This document shows positions 55,847 to 63,506 of a stretch of DNA of 64,000 nt, piece by piece. The stretch is from a virus. Lineage: Duplodnaviria > Caudoviricetes. Each line of letters starts with the position of its first letter. Position 1 is the first letter of the stretch. The notes beneath the pieces were generated by a model. The model was not told the DNA's origin, ran no database searches, and saw only the letters and a program-made list of their open reading frames with translations. The DNA lies in IMG/VR virus record IMGVR_UViG_3300033076_000593, positions 3,719 to 67,718 of that record. One strand, written 5' to 3'. The position numbers and the translations under genes were made by a program.

Positions 55847-56072
55847 GACAACTATAAGCAAAATAAAATACAATTACAAGGATGAAAAAAGTTCAGATAC
55901 GCTTGAAAATGTAATTGCAGATCTTCGTAAAAGAGAAGAAAAAGGTTTGAAAGAATATGGGACCACAGTTGATCGAAAAGACTTAATTTTGAAGGACTGG
56001 ATAAAAGAAGCCTATGAAGAAGCCCTTGACCTTGCCGTCTACTTACGAAGAGCTATGGACGACATACAATGA
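55833..56072 (+). CDS. MazG-fold-like small protein
   Basis: GLKEYGTTVDR.DL...W..EAYEEALDLAVYL. Confidence 0.6.
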   Translation: MEQSKTTISKIKYNYKDEKSSDTLENVIADLRKREEKGLKEYGTTVDRKDLILKDWIKEAYEEALDLAVYLRRAMDDIQ

Positions 56073-56140
56073 AGAAACAGATACTTACACTCCTGTGATA
56101 GTAACTTTAATGGATTACGAATACGAAGAAGATAAAAAAT

Positions 56141-56284
56141 ATGGAAAATAACTTACTTTTTTTAAAACACTTAATTAAGAATATGCATCCTGAATGGAGT
56201 GATGCTCAAGTAGAAATGGAGGCCGTTCGCGTTTCCAACTCTTCCGAAGATGAGGAAGAAGGATGTCTCTATTGCGGATCGTAA
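56141..56284 (+). CDS. 47-aa miniprotein ending in EDEEEGCLYCGS
   Basis: Read by eye; ATG 56141, TAA 56282-84. Confidence 0.65.
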   Translation: MENNLLFLKHLIKNMHPEWSDAQVEMEAVRVSNSSEDEEEGCLYCGS

Positions 56285-56330
56285 CAACGTCTTGTTAATA
56301 TCTTTTAATTGACTTTATAAAATTCTTTTA

Positions 56331-56338
56331 TATCTTTG
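56331..56338 (+). promoter_or_regulatory. TAnnTTTG promoter
   Basis: TATCTTTG, 9 nt before ATG 56348. Confidence 0.6.
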
Positions 56339-56347
56339 TAAAAGAAT

Positions 56348-56554
56348 ATGAAAACACACACACTGATTCTGGCTGCAATTTTATTTGCTGGATGTCAAGA
56401 AACAAAATGTCTGGATGATAAGTGCATTCACAATCTGCCTTCAACGGAAGGGGAAAGTGTTGACTCTTTGCTAATAAAGCAATGCCAGGAATCAGGTGTT
56501 GACTACAACACAATAGGAACAACAACAGATCCAACAGATGAAGAACTTAATTGA
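56348..56554 (+). CDS. small lipoprotein
   Basis: MKTHTLILAAILFAG-C lipobox. Confidence 0.65.
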   Translation: MKTHTLILAAILFAGCQETKCLDDKCIHNLPSTEGESVDSLLIKQCQESGVDYNTIGTTTDPTDEELN

Positions 56555-56912
56555 AAAGGTAGAAGAGTTTAACAAGGCTTTTAACCTACCTATTAGGACA
56601 GAGACGACAAATCTATCCAGGAATGAAATTGTATTGCAATACAGGCTCTTATTAGAAGAATTGGAGGAGTATGCTGACGCAGCTGCCGATGGAGATTTAG
56701 TAGAAGTTGCTGACGCAATTGGAGATATGCTTTATGTGCTAATTGGGACGGCAATAAGACATGGAATTCAAAACAAACTGGAAGACATATTTAACGAAAT
56801 TCATAGGTCTAATATGTCAAAGTTAGAAGATGGAAAACCTGTCTATAACGAAAGCGGAAAGGTTATGAAATCCTCTACATACTCACCTCCAAATATTAAA
56901 TTTCTATTATGA
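56538..56912 (+). CDS. MazG-like/DR2231-type NTP pyrophosphohydrolase
   Basis: EELEEY..A...D.VEVADAIGDMLYV, EIHRSNMSK, GKVMK. Confidence 0.9.
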   Translation: MKNLIEKVEEFNKAFNLPIRTETTNLSRNEIVLQYRLLLEELEEYADAAADGDLVEVADAIGDMLYVLIGTAIRHGIQNKLEDIFNEIHRSNMSKLEDGKPVYNESGKVMKSSTYSPPNIKFLL

Positions 56913-57010
56913 ACAATTGGTTGTTAATATCTATGTGTATTGCAGTTTTGATAGTTATCATTACATACCTTGATAAAGGTGATAACAATAAGAACGGATT
57001 CGCCTCATGA
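56909..57010 (+). CDS. 33-aa single-TM peptide
   Basis: Read by eye; ATGA-coupled at both ends. Confidence 0.55.
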   Translation: MNNWLLISMCIAVLIVIITYLDKGDNNKNGFAS

Positions 57011-57495
57011 CAATTACATTAAACGAATCAGAAGTTCACTTTTTGAGAACTCTTGCCTCTACAAGAGCATTTGTAAGTAGGAAGAAGAATGTAGTAGACC
57101 AGAAGTTTGCAACCGACAAGTCTGGATATGAAATAGATTTTGATGGATGCCTATCTGAATATGCGTTCTGTAAGTGGCATAATATTCACTTTAGCTTTTC
57201 TTTTGGAGACGATACAGCAGGTCAGCCAGACTGCGTGTATAAAAACTTAACAGTAGATATCAAAAGCACTAGACTTCCGCAAGGCCGTATGATTGTTAAG
57301 TTAAACTCTCATCCAATGGATATATATGTTCTTGCCATAGTGGAAAATGATTACACCATCCGTTTTGCTGGTTACTCTCGTTCAGAGGATGTAAAAAAAG
57401 AAAAGAATATTCGTAACCTTGGGACAGGAGATTCGTATGTTCTCGATCAACATCAATTATTAAAATTTAAAGAAAATGCACACAAAAAAAACTAA
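57007..57495 (+). CDS. PD-(D/E)XK nuclease-like protein
   Basis: G.LSEYAF....GQPD.......VDIKST. Confidence 0.6.
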   Translation: MTITLNESEVHFLRTLASTRAFVSRKKNVVDQKFATDKSGYEIDFDGCLSEYAFCKWHNIHFSFSFGDDTAGQPDCVYKNLTVDIKSTRLPQGRMIVKLNSHPMDIYVLAIVENDYTIRFAGYSRSEDVKKEKNIRNLGTGDSYVLDQHQLLKFKENAHKKN

Positions 57496-57676
57496 GGTTT
57501 CTTACTTCCACGATAAGGAAGAGAATAAAATGCTCGAAGTCACTGAATGGGCTAATGGAGCTGGAGTAGACATAGCTATTACAAATGAAGCAGGGAGACA
57601 ATTAATCCCCCTGTCATATCGTGATGCAAAAAATTTGCGTAGACTTATTCGTTATATTCTCAGGCCAGTTATCTAG
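57476..57676 (+). CDS. hypothetical protein
   Basis: 66-aa ORF. Confidence 0.65.
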   Translation: MHTKKTKVSYFHDKEENKMLEVTEWANGAGVDIAITNEAGRQLIPLSYRDAKNLRRLIRYILRPVI

Positions 57677-58052
57677 GATATCTATTTGCCAGAGAAGATT
57701 GGCAAATTTCATACACGTCTACTGAGGCGTGTAGGTATGTAACTGATGCACCTGCGGCATTCATAACATCTCTATTTGTTTCATAACATAAGTAACTAAT
57801 GTTATTCATAAAATCAGGATCGAACGGGAAGTTACTTGCAACATAACTTTCAACATCTGTATCCAATCCATCGTTAGCGGCAACAACTGCACCCTGTGTC
57901 GGAGCTACGTTTGGTATTGTATTGTTAATACCCTGAACAATAACTGTTTTAATATATTTTATTTTATAGAAGTCGTATAAACCTGTAGCTCCAGAAGCTA
58001 TTATCCTTCTGACGTTTGTAGAACCTTCTAATTCTTTAGTGCCTGTAATCAT
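57669..58052 (-). CDS. hypothetical protein with its own promoter
   Basis: TATATTTG box at 58070-77 on the minus strand. Confidence 0.65.
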   Translation of the reverse strand: MITGTKELEGSTNVRRIIASGATGLYDFYKIKYIKTVIVQGINNTIPNVAPTQGAVVAANDGLDTDVESYVASNFPFDPDFMNNISYLCYETNRDVMNAAGASVTYLHASVDVYEICQSSLANRYPR

Positions 58053-58087
58053 CTCTTTAAATATTTACACAAATATAATGTTTTTTT

Positions 58088-58369
58088 TTAACAGTTCCAT
58101 TTTCTCAATGATTTATTAATCCTTGATTTTGGATCATTTGCTGTTTTTGAGGAAGTTAACTCCCTCTTCATCCCCTCCATGCGAGAGCAGAAAGACTTGC
58201 GTCTGTTAGCGGCTTTACTACCTGGTTTTAGTTTAGATGGTTTGGTAGTCACAGCAGTCTGTAATTTACTTCCAGGATTAGCAGCTCGATAAGAGGCTAC
58301 CCCTTTCTTGTTAAGCCCTCCCTTAGGATCTTTTCCTTCCTTACGAGTCCAAGCAGGTGTCTTTGCCAT
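58088..58369 (-). CDS. DUF6321-like basic phage protein
   Basis: AWTRKEGK.P.GGLN.KG..SY...RRKSFC.RM..SRINKSLRKWNC. Confidence 0.8.
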   Translation of the reverse strand: MAKTPAWTRKEGKDPKGGLNKKGVASYRAANPGSKLQTAVTTKPSKLKPGSKAANRRKSFCSRMEGMKRELTSSKTANDPKSRINKSLRKWNC

Positions 58370-58371
58370 AA

Positions 58372-58674
58372 TTACAATTTTTCCGCTACTTTTTCTTCTG
58401 GAATAATCTCGTCTGAAGAATTATATAGCAAATAATCAATATTATCTCTTAATTTAACAATCTTGCCATACGATGTTTCAAAAACTGTTTTTTGCAAACG
58501 CTCATAAAAATCTTTGTCAAAGTCTTTATTCAATTTAAATGTAGCTTTCCCAGCTGTAACAGTAAATTCATTCACATTCTCTTCAGGAGTATTCTTTATT
58601 AAAGAACTCAACTCTTCCATCATTACTAAGATAGAAGGCATATTTGTAATTAATATTCTAATTTCTTCGTTCAT
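58372..58674 (-). CDS. hypothetical protein
   Basis: 100-aa ORF. Confidence 0.65.
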   Translation of the reverse strand: MNEEIRILITNMPSILVMMEELSSLIKNTPEENVNEFTVTAGKATFKLNKDFDKDFYERLQKTVFETSYGKIVKLRDNIDYLLYNSSDEIIPEEKVAEKL

Positions 58675-58829
58675 TACTTCTTCTTTTTAGTTTGAGACTT
58701 AATTACTCTCTCCTGTTTTAACATGGCAGCAGTAGGCTTTTTGCCTGATCCTTTATTAGCACGAATGTTGTCCCAAAGTCCTCTTTGAGAAACGCTACCA
58801 TCTTTTCTCTTAAGCATCTGCTTTTTCAT
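58674..58829 (-). CDS. 51-aa highly basic protein
   Basis: Read by eye: MKKQMLKRKDG...GLWDNIRANKGSGKKP...KKKK. Confidence 0.7.
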   Translation of the reverse strand: MKKQMLKRKDGSVSQRGLWDNIRANKGSGKKPTAAMLKQERVIKSQTKKKK

Positions 58830-58963
58830 TTGCCTTGGCCTCTGTATGATTTAACATAGTTCTTAGAACTCTTAGAGCAAGAACATTTTGTTTTAGAATG
58901 AACCCCAGGTCTTTTGACCTGAGGCTTTTTCTTAAATGTATTTGAAGCTTGAACTTTTGCCAT
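58826..58963 (-). CDS. 45-aa highly basic protein ending in YRGQGK
   Basis: Read by eye: MAKVQ...RPGVHSKTK...KNYVKSYRGQGK. Confidence 0.7.
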   Translation of the reverse strand: MAKVQASNTFKKKPQVKRPGVHSKTKCSCSKSSKNYVKSYRGQGK

Positions 58964-59514
58964 TATTTGGTCTTAGATCTATAAGTAACCTTATTGCTCT
59001 TTAAAATATTTCTTTTCAAGTCCATAGAAGTTCCAGTTACTCCTAACGGTTTGCCAGAACCTTGTCCCTCAGCTCCTTTGCTAAGCTCGAAAGCTTTCTT
59101 TTTGCTAGTAGCTACACGAGTAACAGATTTGCTTTTAGCAACCCCACCGCCTTTTTTATAAACAGTTTTGGTTTTGGTAATTGCCTTGTCGCCAATGGTT
59201 TTTTCTTTTTCAGTTCCTTCCCCTTTCTTTAAAGATCCGAATGAAGCTGTTTTAGTTTTAACAACTTGTCTTCCTAAAAGATTTTTACCTGAACGTACTG
59301 TTTTTTTATAGTCAGGAGATTCGGTAGTTGAATAAGATCCATCGCTAAGTTTTCTTGTAACTCTTGCTCCAGATCCAACTCCTGGTGCTACCTTTTGGTT
59401 TATACCAATATTACTTTCAAATCCTTTTGCTGATTTATCAGCTTTGTTTGTACCCCCAAAACGATCCATTTGAGATATTTGTCTTTTTGGGTTTTTTGGT
59501 TTCATTGTCGCCAT
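58963..59514 (-). CDS. Lys/Gly/Thr-rich basic protein
   Basis: 183 aa, low complexity. Confidence 0.7.
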   Translation of the reverse strand: MATMKPKNPKRQISQMDRFGGTNKADKSAKGFESNIGINQKVAPGVGSGARVTRKLSDGSYSTTESPDYKKTVRSGKNLLGRQVVKTKTASFGSLKKGEGTEKEKTIGDKAITKTKTVYKKGGGVAKSKSVTRVATSKKKAFELSKGAEGQGSGKPLGVTGTSMDLKRNILKSNKVTYRSKTK

Positions 59515-59548
59515 GACTTTTTTTGTTTATTATAATTAATTATACACA

Positions 59549-59577
59549 CAAAGATATACAAAAACTTATTATATTGC
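59549..59577. promoter_or_regulatory. divergent promoter boxes
   Basis: Minus TATCTTTG at 59549-56; plus TATATTGC variant at 59570-77. Confidence 0.5.
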
Positions 59578-59581
59578 ATGC

Positions 59582-59743
59582 ATGAAAAAGAAAAAATATA
59601 AATGCACTGAGTGTGGATATTATAACGCTCATCAGCTAGGATGCTCCAAGATCGGAGAGAAAGTGAAGCTATGTGATATCGTTAGAGACTACCAAAAGGC
59701 TAAAGATTCTGGAGAGGAGTACAAACTACCTTCAAACATTTAA
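59582..59743 (+). CDS. 53-aa zinc-ribbon-like protein
   Basis: Read by eye: CTECG...H..GC. Confidence 0.6.
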   Translation: MKKKKYKCTECGYYNAHQLGCSKIGEKVKLCDIVRDYQKAKDSGEEYKLPSNI

Positions 59744-59788
59744 CCAAACTGTTAATAACTTATTTTGTATATTGTTTTTAATATTTTG

Positions 59789-59796
59789 TACATTTG
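59789..59796 (+). promoter_or_regulatory. TAnnTTTG promoter
   Basis: TACATTTG. Confidence 0.6.
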
Positions 59797-59815
59797 TAAC
59801 AAATAAAAAACAATT

Positions 59816-60097
59816 ATGGAAAAAATGAGAATCACAGATGAGACTGCTAATGCATTCTACTTAGCAGCTCAAACCCTAGTAACAGAGATCTTGGCACTAA
59901 ACCTCGAAAGAACAAATGAGGAAATTATAGATACTTACAAAGGTTTTAGTAATGACATTGCTGAGATGGCAATACCAGTACTTGATAAATTAAGAGAAGA
60001 TCAAGAATTTATTAGCAACTCTAACGAATTCATGAACGCAATCACAGAGATACAACCAGAAGAAGAGAATGAAGATAGTGAAGCAGCTGGTGTATGA
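59816..60097 (+). CDS. acidic hypothetical protein
   Basis: 93-aa ORF. Confidence 0.7.
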   Translation: MEKMRITDETANAFYLAAQTLVTEILALNLERTNEEIIDTYKGFSNDIAEMAIPVLDKLREDQEFISNSNEFMNAITEIQPEEENEDSEAAGV

Positions 60098-60224
60098 GAA
60101 AATGCTCCGCAAGACCTTTAGCGAGGATCTCTCCGATGAGGTTAAGTTAGAGGTCTTGACGTGGATACTCTCTCAAATGAATAAGAAAGAAAAAGTAATA
60201 GCTCCGTTGGCCAGGAGATCGTAA
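60069..60224 (+). CDS. 51-aa hypothetical protein
   Basis: Read by eye: MKIVKQLVYEKMLRK... Confidence 0.5.
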   Translation: MKIVKQLVYEKMLRKTFSEDLSDEVKLEVLTWILSQMNKKEKVIAPLARRS

Positions 60225-60294
60225 AACACAGTAAGCCTCTGACACAAGCTCAAGTAACTGTTCTCATCGTATAGGAGATAGAGTTAGCCTTCTC

Positions 60295-60346
60295 GATGTC
60301 GTTTAAAAAGGTTGACAGCTCGGAAAGACGGCACACCTTCGGGTGT
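60295..60346 (+). ncRNA. GAAAGA-loop plus cUUCGg hairpin motif, copy 1
   Basis: gatgtc..tgacagctcgGAAAGAcggc acacc-TTCG-ggtgt. Confidence 0.5.
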
Positions 60347-60373
60347 TAGATTTAAAATTTTAAAAACAAATAT

Positions 60374-60706
60374 ATGAGACACGTAGAAAAAGCTTTATTA
60401 AAGTACAATGATGAATGTAAATTAACACATTTCATTCAATTAAAAAATGTAGAAGATGTTAAAGGAGTTGCTCCTATTGTTTCTTTTACAATTCAATCAG
60501 ATCCTATTAGTGAAGTAGGTGTAAATGGAGTTCAAGCATTAGATATGTTAATCTACACTAAATGTTTGTTTCAAAGTTTAAATGAAGCTTTTCCTTGTAG
60601 AGAAAATGCTATTACAATCACTAAACTTGAAGAAGCTATTCATTGGCAAGAAGCAAGAACTAAAGACCGTATAAAGCGTCAAGTTGAAGGTAAGAATGCT
60701 AAATAA
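60374..60706 (+). CDS. tad1: Tad1-like anti-Thoeris signalling-molecule sponge
   Basis: IQ..P..E.GVNG...D.L...FPCRENAITITKLEEAIHW..RTKDRIKRQVEGKNAK matches the recalled Tad1/Acb2-type hairpin motif. Confidence 0.8.
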   Translation: MRHVEKALLKYNDECKLTHFIQLKNVEDVKGVAPIVSFTIQSDPISEVGVNGVQALDMLIYTKCLFQSLNEAFPCRENAITITKLEEAIHWQEARTKDRIKRQVEGKNAK

Positions 60707-60714
60707 TTAAAAAA

Positions 60715-60814
60715 TGTGTTGTTCCCTTGAGAAAGGAATTGAGGCAGATAGGGCTACCGTATGGTACACAAGCGATACTTTGTAACTATACAACACAGAG
60801 GACTTCTCATCCTC
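60715..60814 (+). ncRNA. unassigned structured RNA with a potential loop-loop pseudoknot
   Basis: tgtgttgt/acaacaca closing stem; loop tgagaa 60728-33 complementary to loop ttctca 60804-09. Confidence 0.5.
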
Positions 60815-60820
60815 AAACAT

Positions 60821-60920
60821 AGGGGAGTGGCGCAATGGTAGACGCAAGGACAGTCGGCTGAATAAGCTTACTTATAAAGAGGTTTCCGAAAAAGTACAGG
60901 TTCGAATCCTGTCTCCCTTG
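60821..60920 (+). tRNA. tRNA-like gene with an abnormal 50-nt anticodon/variable region; anticodon not assignable
   Basis: Acceptor aggggag/ctccctt; D-arm gcg-caatggtaga-cgc; T-arm acagg-TTCGAAT-cctgt. Confidence 0.65.
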
Positions 60921-60923
60921 CAC

Positions 60924-60996
60924 TTACTGTGATGTCTACTTAATGAGTAATTAGGTAAAACAGTATGACTGCTGGAAAGACAGCCACCTTCGGGTG
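60924..60996 (+). ncRNA. GAAAGA-loop plus cUUCGg hairpin motif, copy 2
   Basis: gatgtc..tgactgctgGAAAGAcagc cacc-TTCG-ggtg. Confidence 0.5.
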
Positions 60997-61016
60997 TAAC
61001 CTTAAAACTAAAAACA

Positions 61017-61403
61017 ATGAGTAAAAAGTACACAATTGAATTATCAGAAGAGCAAATGAGACTGATTGCAGATTGCCTGGATGATGTATCTCGATTTGCC
61101 TCTGGACAATGGCAGTTAAGAAATACTCTTGAGGAGATGTTAGAAGGGCTTCCGTTTGAAGAGTTTTTAGAAAGACGTAATAAAGCCGAGGAATTGCTAA
61201 GACAGGCTAAAAGAGTTCTTCTCCCCGACTTTGTAGACAATCAAAGTTATGGATACAACAGCACCGAGTTTATTGGTAACTGCTATCAAATTTCCAGAAC
61301 TATAATGTATCAACTTGCAATGGATTATAATTGGGATAATGTATATTCCTCTCCAGCATTAGAAAGTGGTACTATGGGAACAATTAAAATTGAGAAGCTA
61401 TGA
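61017..61403 (+). CDS. hypothetical protein
   Basis: 128-aa ORF. Confidence 0.75.
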   Translation: MSKKYTIELSEEQMRLIADCLDDVSRFASGQWQLRNTLEEMLEGLPFEEFLERRNKAEELLRQAKRVLLPDFVDNQSYGYNSTEFIGNCYQISRTIMYQLAMDYNWDNVYSSPALESGTMGTIKIEKL

Positions 61404-61573
61404 GTGACACTAACGAATTAAGAATCAGAGTTGTTATTGATAACAACGAATGTGAAGTGTCTTATCCACTTTCTCAACGAGATGCAGTAAGGTATGACGA
61501 TAATGAATCTACATTGTTTTGTGCTGTAAAAGCAATTAAAGACATTGTGGAGATACTTAAAAAAGAACAATGA
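61400..61573 (+). CDS. 57-aa hypothetical protein
   Basis: Read by eye; ATGA-coupled at both ends. Confidence 0.6.
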   Translation: MSDTNELRIRVVIDNNECEVSYPLSQRDAVRYDDNESTLFCAVKAIKDIVEILKKEQ

Positions 61574-61788
61574 GTAACAAAAAGCAAACCTCAGTAGATG
61601 TCCTCTTCGAAATACTATGGGAAACTCCAAGAGATAAGTGGGAGTGGATTGCCGCACTCAAGGAGATGAGGAAGTTGCATAAGCAGGAGATGAAGGACCT
61701 ATACCTCGCCCATGTGACAAAAGTCCCTCGCCTAAAAAAGATTTTTGAGAAGCAATTTGAGGAATACTACACAAACACATTTGAATAG
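61570..61788 (+). CDS. small protein of the QT(A/S)V(E/D)WL paralog family
   Basis: QTSVDVL..HKQEMKDLY..FEEYYTNTF. Confidence 0.7.
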   Translation: MSNKKQTSVDVLFEILWETPRDKWEWIAALKEMRKLHKQEMKDLYLAHVTKVPRLKKIFEKQFEEYYTNTFE

Positions 61789-61790
61789 AT

Positions 61791-62003
61791 ATGAAAGAAA
61801 CAAAAGTAGAGCATGTTAAATTCCATACTGGAACTCAAGGCACAGCAGAGCATGAACAGTTTATAAAGGATTGTAATGAAAAAGATATTGAGATAATCGG
61901 CTTTTGGGTGACTTATCACGACAGGCCTCATGCACACGAGCCTCACTATCTCAATTATGTTATTAAAACTAAAAGATATGAGCAAGGTAACAATAGAATT
62001 TGA
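61791..62003 (+). CDS. hypothetical protein
   Basis: 70-aa ORF. Confidence 0.6.
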   Translation: MKETKVEHVKFHTGTQGTAEHEQFIKDCNEKDIEIIGFWVTYHDRPHAHEPHYLNYVIKTKRYEQGNNRI

Positions 62004-62220
62004 CCGAGTAGAAGAGGCAGAGGAACTGCGTACAGCCCTCGATGGACACAAGTACAAGATGCTCCTCTGGGAACTCGACCAGAAACTCCGTAGCGTGCAT
62101 AAATACGGAGCCGCCATACAAGGATCAGGAGAAGCAACAGAAGCTGAAATGGATGTGTGCTATCGTTTAAGAGAGGTCCTCAGAGAGATGTTGCAAGAAA
62201 GTAATCTAACAATAGAATGA
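61978..62220 (+). CDS. hypothetical protein
   Basis: Probable start MSKVTIEF. Confidence 0.7.
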   Translation: MSKVTIEFDRVEEAEELRTALDGHKYKMLLWELDQKLRSVHKYGAAIQGSGEATEAEMDVCYRLREVLREMLQESNLTIE

Positions 62221-62287
62221 TGGGATACTGGGTATGGGCAGATTAAAATACGTCAAAAGGCGTATATGAAAATTCTAAATATGTTAA

Positions 62288-62295
62288 TACATTTG
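62288..62295 (+). promoter_or_regulatory. TAnnTTTG promoter
   Basis: TACATTTG. Confidence 0.6.
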
Positions 62296-62320
62296 TAAAA
62301 CATACAATAAATAAAAAATT

Positions 62321-62500
62321 ATGTCAAATAAAAACAAAACAAAAAGAACGGTGTTCATCTACAACACCAGCGAAACAACAGAAGAAGAAGCACAGTACAT
62401 CGTTGATATCCTCAACTGCGATGATTCAATGTTGTGGGACAAAGCTGACCGTTGTGAGGTAGTAGTCTTTGAAGTTCCAATTAACAAACCTTTAAACTAA
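62321..62500 (+). CDS. 59-aa hypothetical protein, copy 1
   Basis: MSNKNKTKRTVFIYNT...PINKPLN. Confidence 0.7.
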   Translation: MSNKNKTKRTVFIYNTSETTEEEAQYIVDILNCDDSMLWDKADRCEVVVFEVPINKPLN

Positions 62501-62505
62501 AAATT

Positions 62506-62685
62506 ATGTCAAATAAAAACAAAACAAAAAGAACGGTGTTCATCTACAACACCAGCGAAACAACAGAAGAAGAAGCACAGTACATCGTTGATATCCTCAA
62601 CTGCGATGATTCAATGTTGTGGGACAAAGCTGACCGTTGTGAGGTAGTAGTCTTTGAAGTTCCAATTAACAAACCTTTAAACTAA
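62506..62685 (+). CDS. 59-aa hypothetical protein, identical copy 2
   Basis: Same sequence as copy 1. Confidence 0.6.
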   Translation: MSNKNKTKRTVFIYNTSETTEEEAQYIVDILNCDDSMLWDKADRCEVVVFEVPINKPLN

Positions 62686-62690
62686 AAATT

Positions 62691-62891
62691 ATGACACCTA
62701 AAGAAAAAGCAGAAGAGTTAGTAGAAAGAATGTATGCTTGCGCAGAAATAAATGAATTTACAGCTAAGCGATGTGCCTTAGTAGCAGTAGATGAATTAAT
62801 TAATGCAGCAAGTCCTGTTTATGATTCTTTTTGGCCTATGAACACTAAAGAATATTGGACAGAAGTAAAACAAGAAATAAAAAATTTATGA
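62691..62891 (+). CDS. MTPKEKAEELV-family small protein, paralog 1
   Basis: MTPKEKAEELV..CALVAVDE..YW.EVKQEI. Confidence 0.75.
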   Translation: MTPKEKAEELVERMYACAEINEFTAKRCALVAVDELINAASPVYDSFWPMNTKEYWTEVKQEIKNL

Positions 62892-63103
62892 CACCAAAAG
62901 AAAAAGCCGAGGAGTTGGTAAATAGATACAAAAATTTACACGGACATCCAACCGAGCAATATTTAGATTCAGAAGATGCTGAAATGTGTGCTTTAATAGC
63001 AGTAGATGAGGTATTATTTGCGCTAAAATATAATCTTGATAGTGCTACAAGTGGTAGCGTTAAATATTGGCAAGAAGTTAAACAAGAAATTATAAACCTT
63101 TAA
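62888..63103 (+). CDS. MTPKEKAEELV-family small protein, paralog 2
   Basis: Same N- and C-terminal motifs, different middle. Confidence 0.75.
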   Translation: MTPKEKAEELVNRYKNLHGHPTEQYLDSEDAEMCALIAVDEVLFALKYNLDSATSGSVKYWQEVKQEIINL

Positions 63104-63113
63104 ACTAAATTTT

Positions 63114-63506
63114 ATGGAAAAGAAACAAAGCAGTATTGAGTGGTTAGAATGGCAAATCAATCTTGGATTATCTGAGAGAGGTTTGATTAGTGCTTTCAAA
63201 GAAGCCAAAGCAATGCACAAGGAGGAGTGTGCAGAAGTATTTAAAGAAGCACAAGAATGTGCCGTTAAGCACGATGGTGTTTATTTTAAGTACAACTCTA
63301 TTGAAGATTATTACAAGAGCAAAGAAACTGAACTTGAATCTTTGCCTTGTGAACTTGAATCTTTGTCTAATATTAAACAACACGAAGTCACTTGGATAGC
63401 CGCACTTGATTATGCCATTGAGAAAATGAAAGGTTTAAATAATGCAGAATCCATAGATGCTTTTAAGAAGCACTACAACGAAACATTTGGAGGTAACAAT
63501 GAGTAA
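63114..63506 (+). CDS. QSSIEWL-family protein
   Basis: MEKKQSSIEWL..AKAMHKEE..HYNETF. Confidence 0.7.
   Translation: MEKKQSSIEWLEWQINLGLSERGLISAFKEAKAMHKEECAEVFKEAQECAVKHDGVYFKYNSIEDYYKSKETELESLPCELESLSNIKQHEVTWIAALDYAIEKMKGLNNAESIDAFKKHYNETFGGNNE

Larger units (their letters stand above)
62314..62693. repeat. perfect 185-bp tandem duplication
   Basis: Two identical units bounded by aaaaattatg microhomology. Confidence 0.9.

Noticed and set aside
60924-60965. Possible second hammerhead (taatgag...aaaacag)
   Set aside because: It lacks the CUGANGA and GAAA core with matching stems.
63330-63365. 15-bp direct repeat gaacttgaatctttg
   Set aside because: It is a small in-frame intragenic duplication (ELESL twice) with no further structure.
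497-63383. Many short antisense or overlapping ORFs in the six-frame track (e.g. 497-733, 14681-15004, 20395-20967, 26020-26367, 60872-61240)
   Set aside because: They are shadows of longer coding genes or RNA elements, with no motifs or operon coupling.
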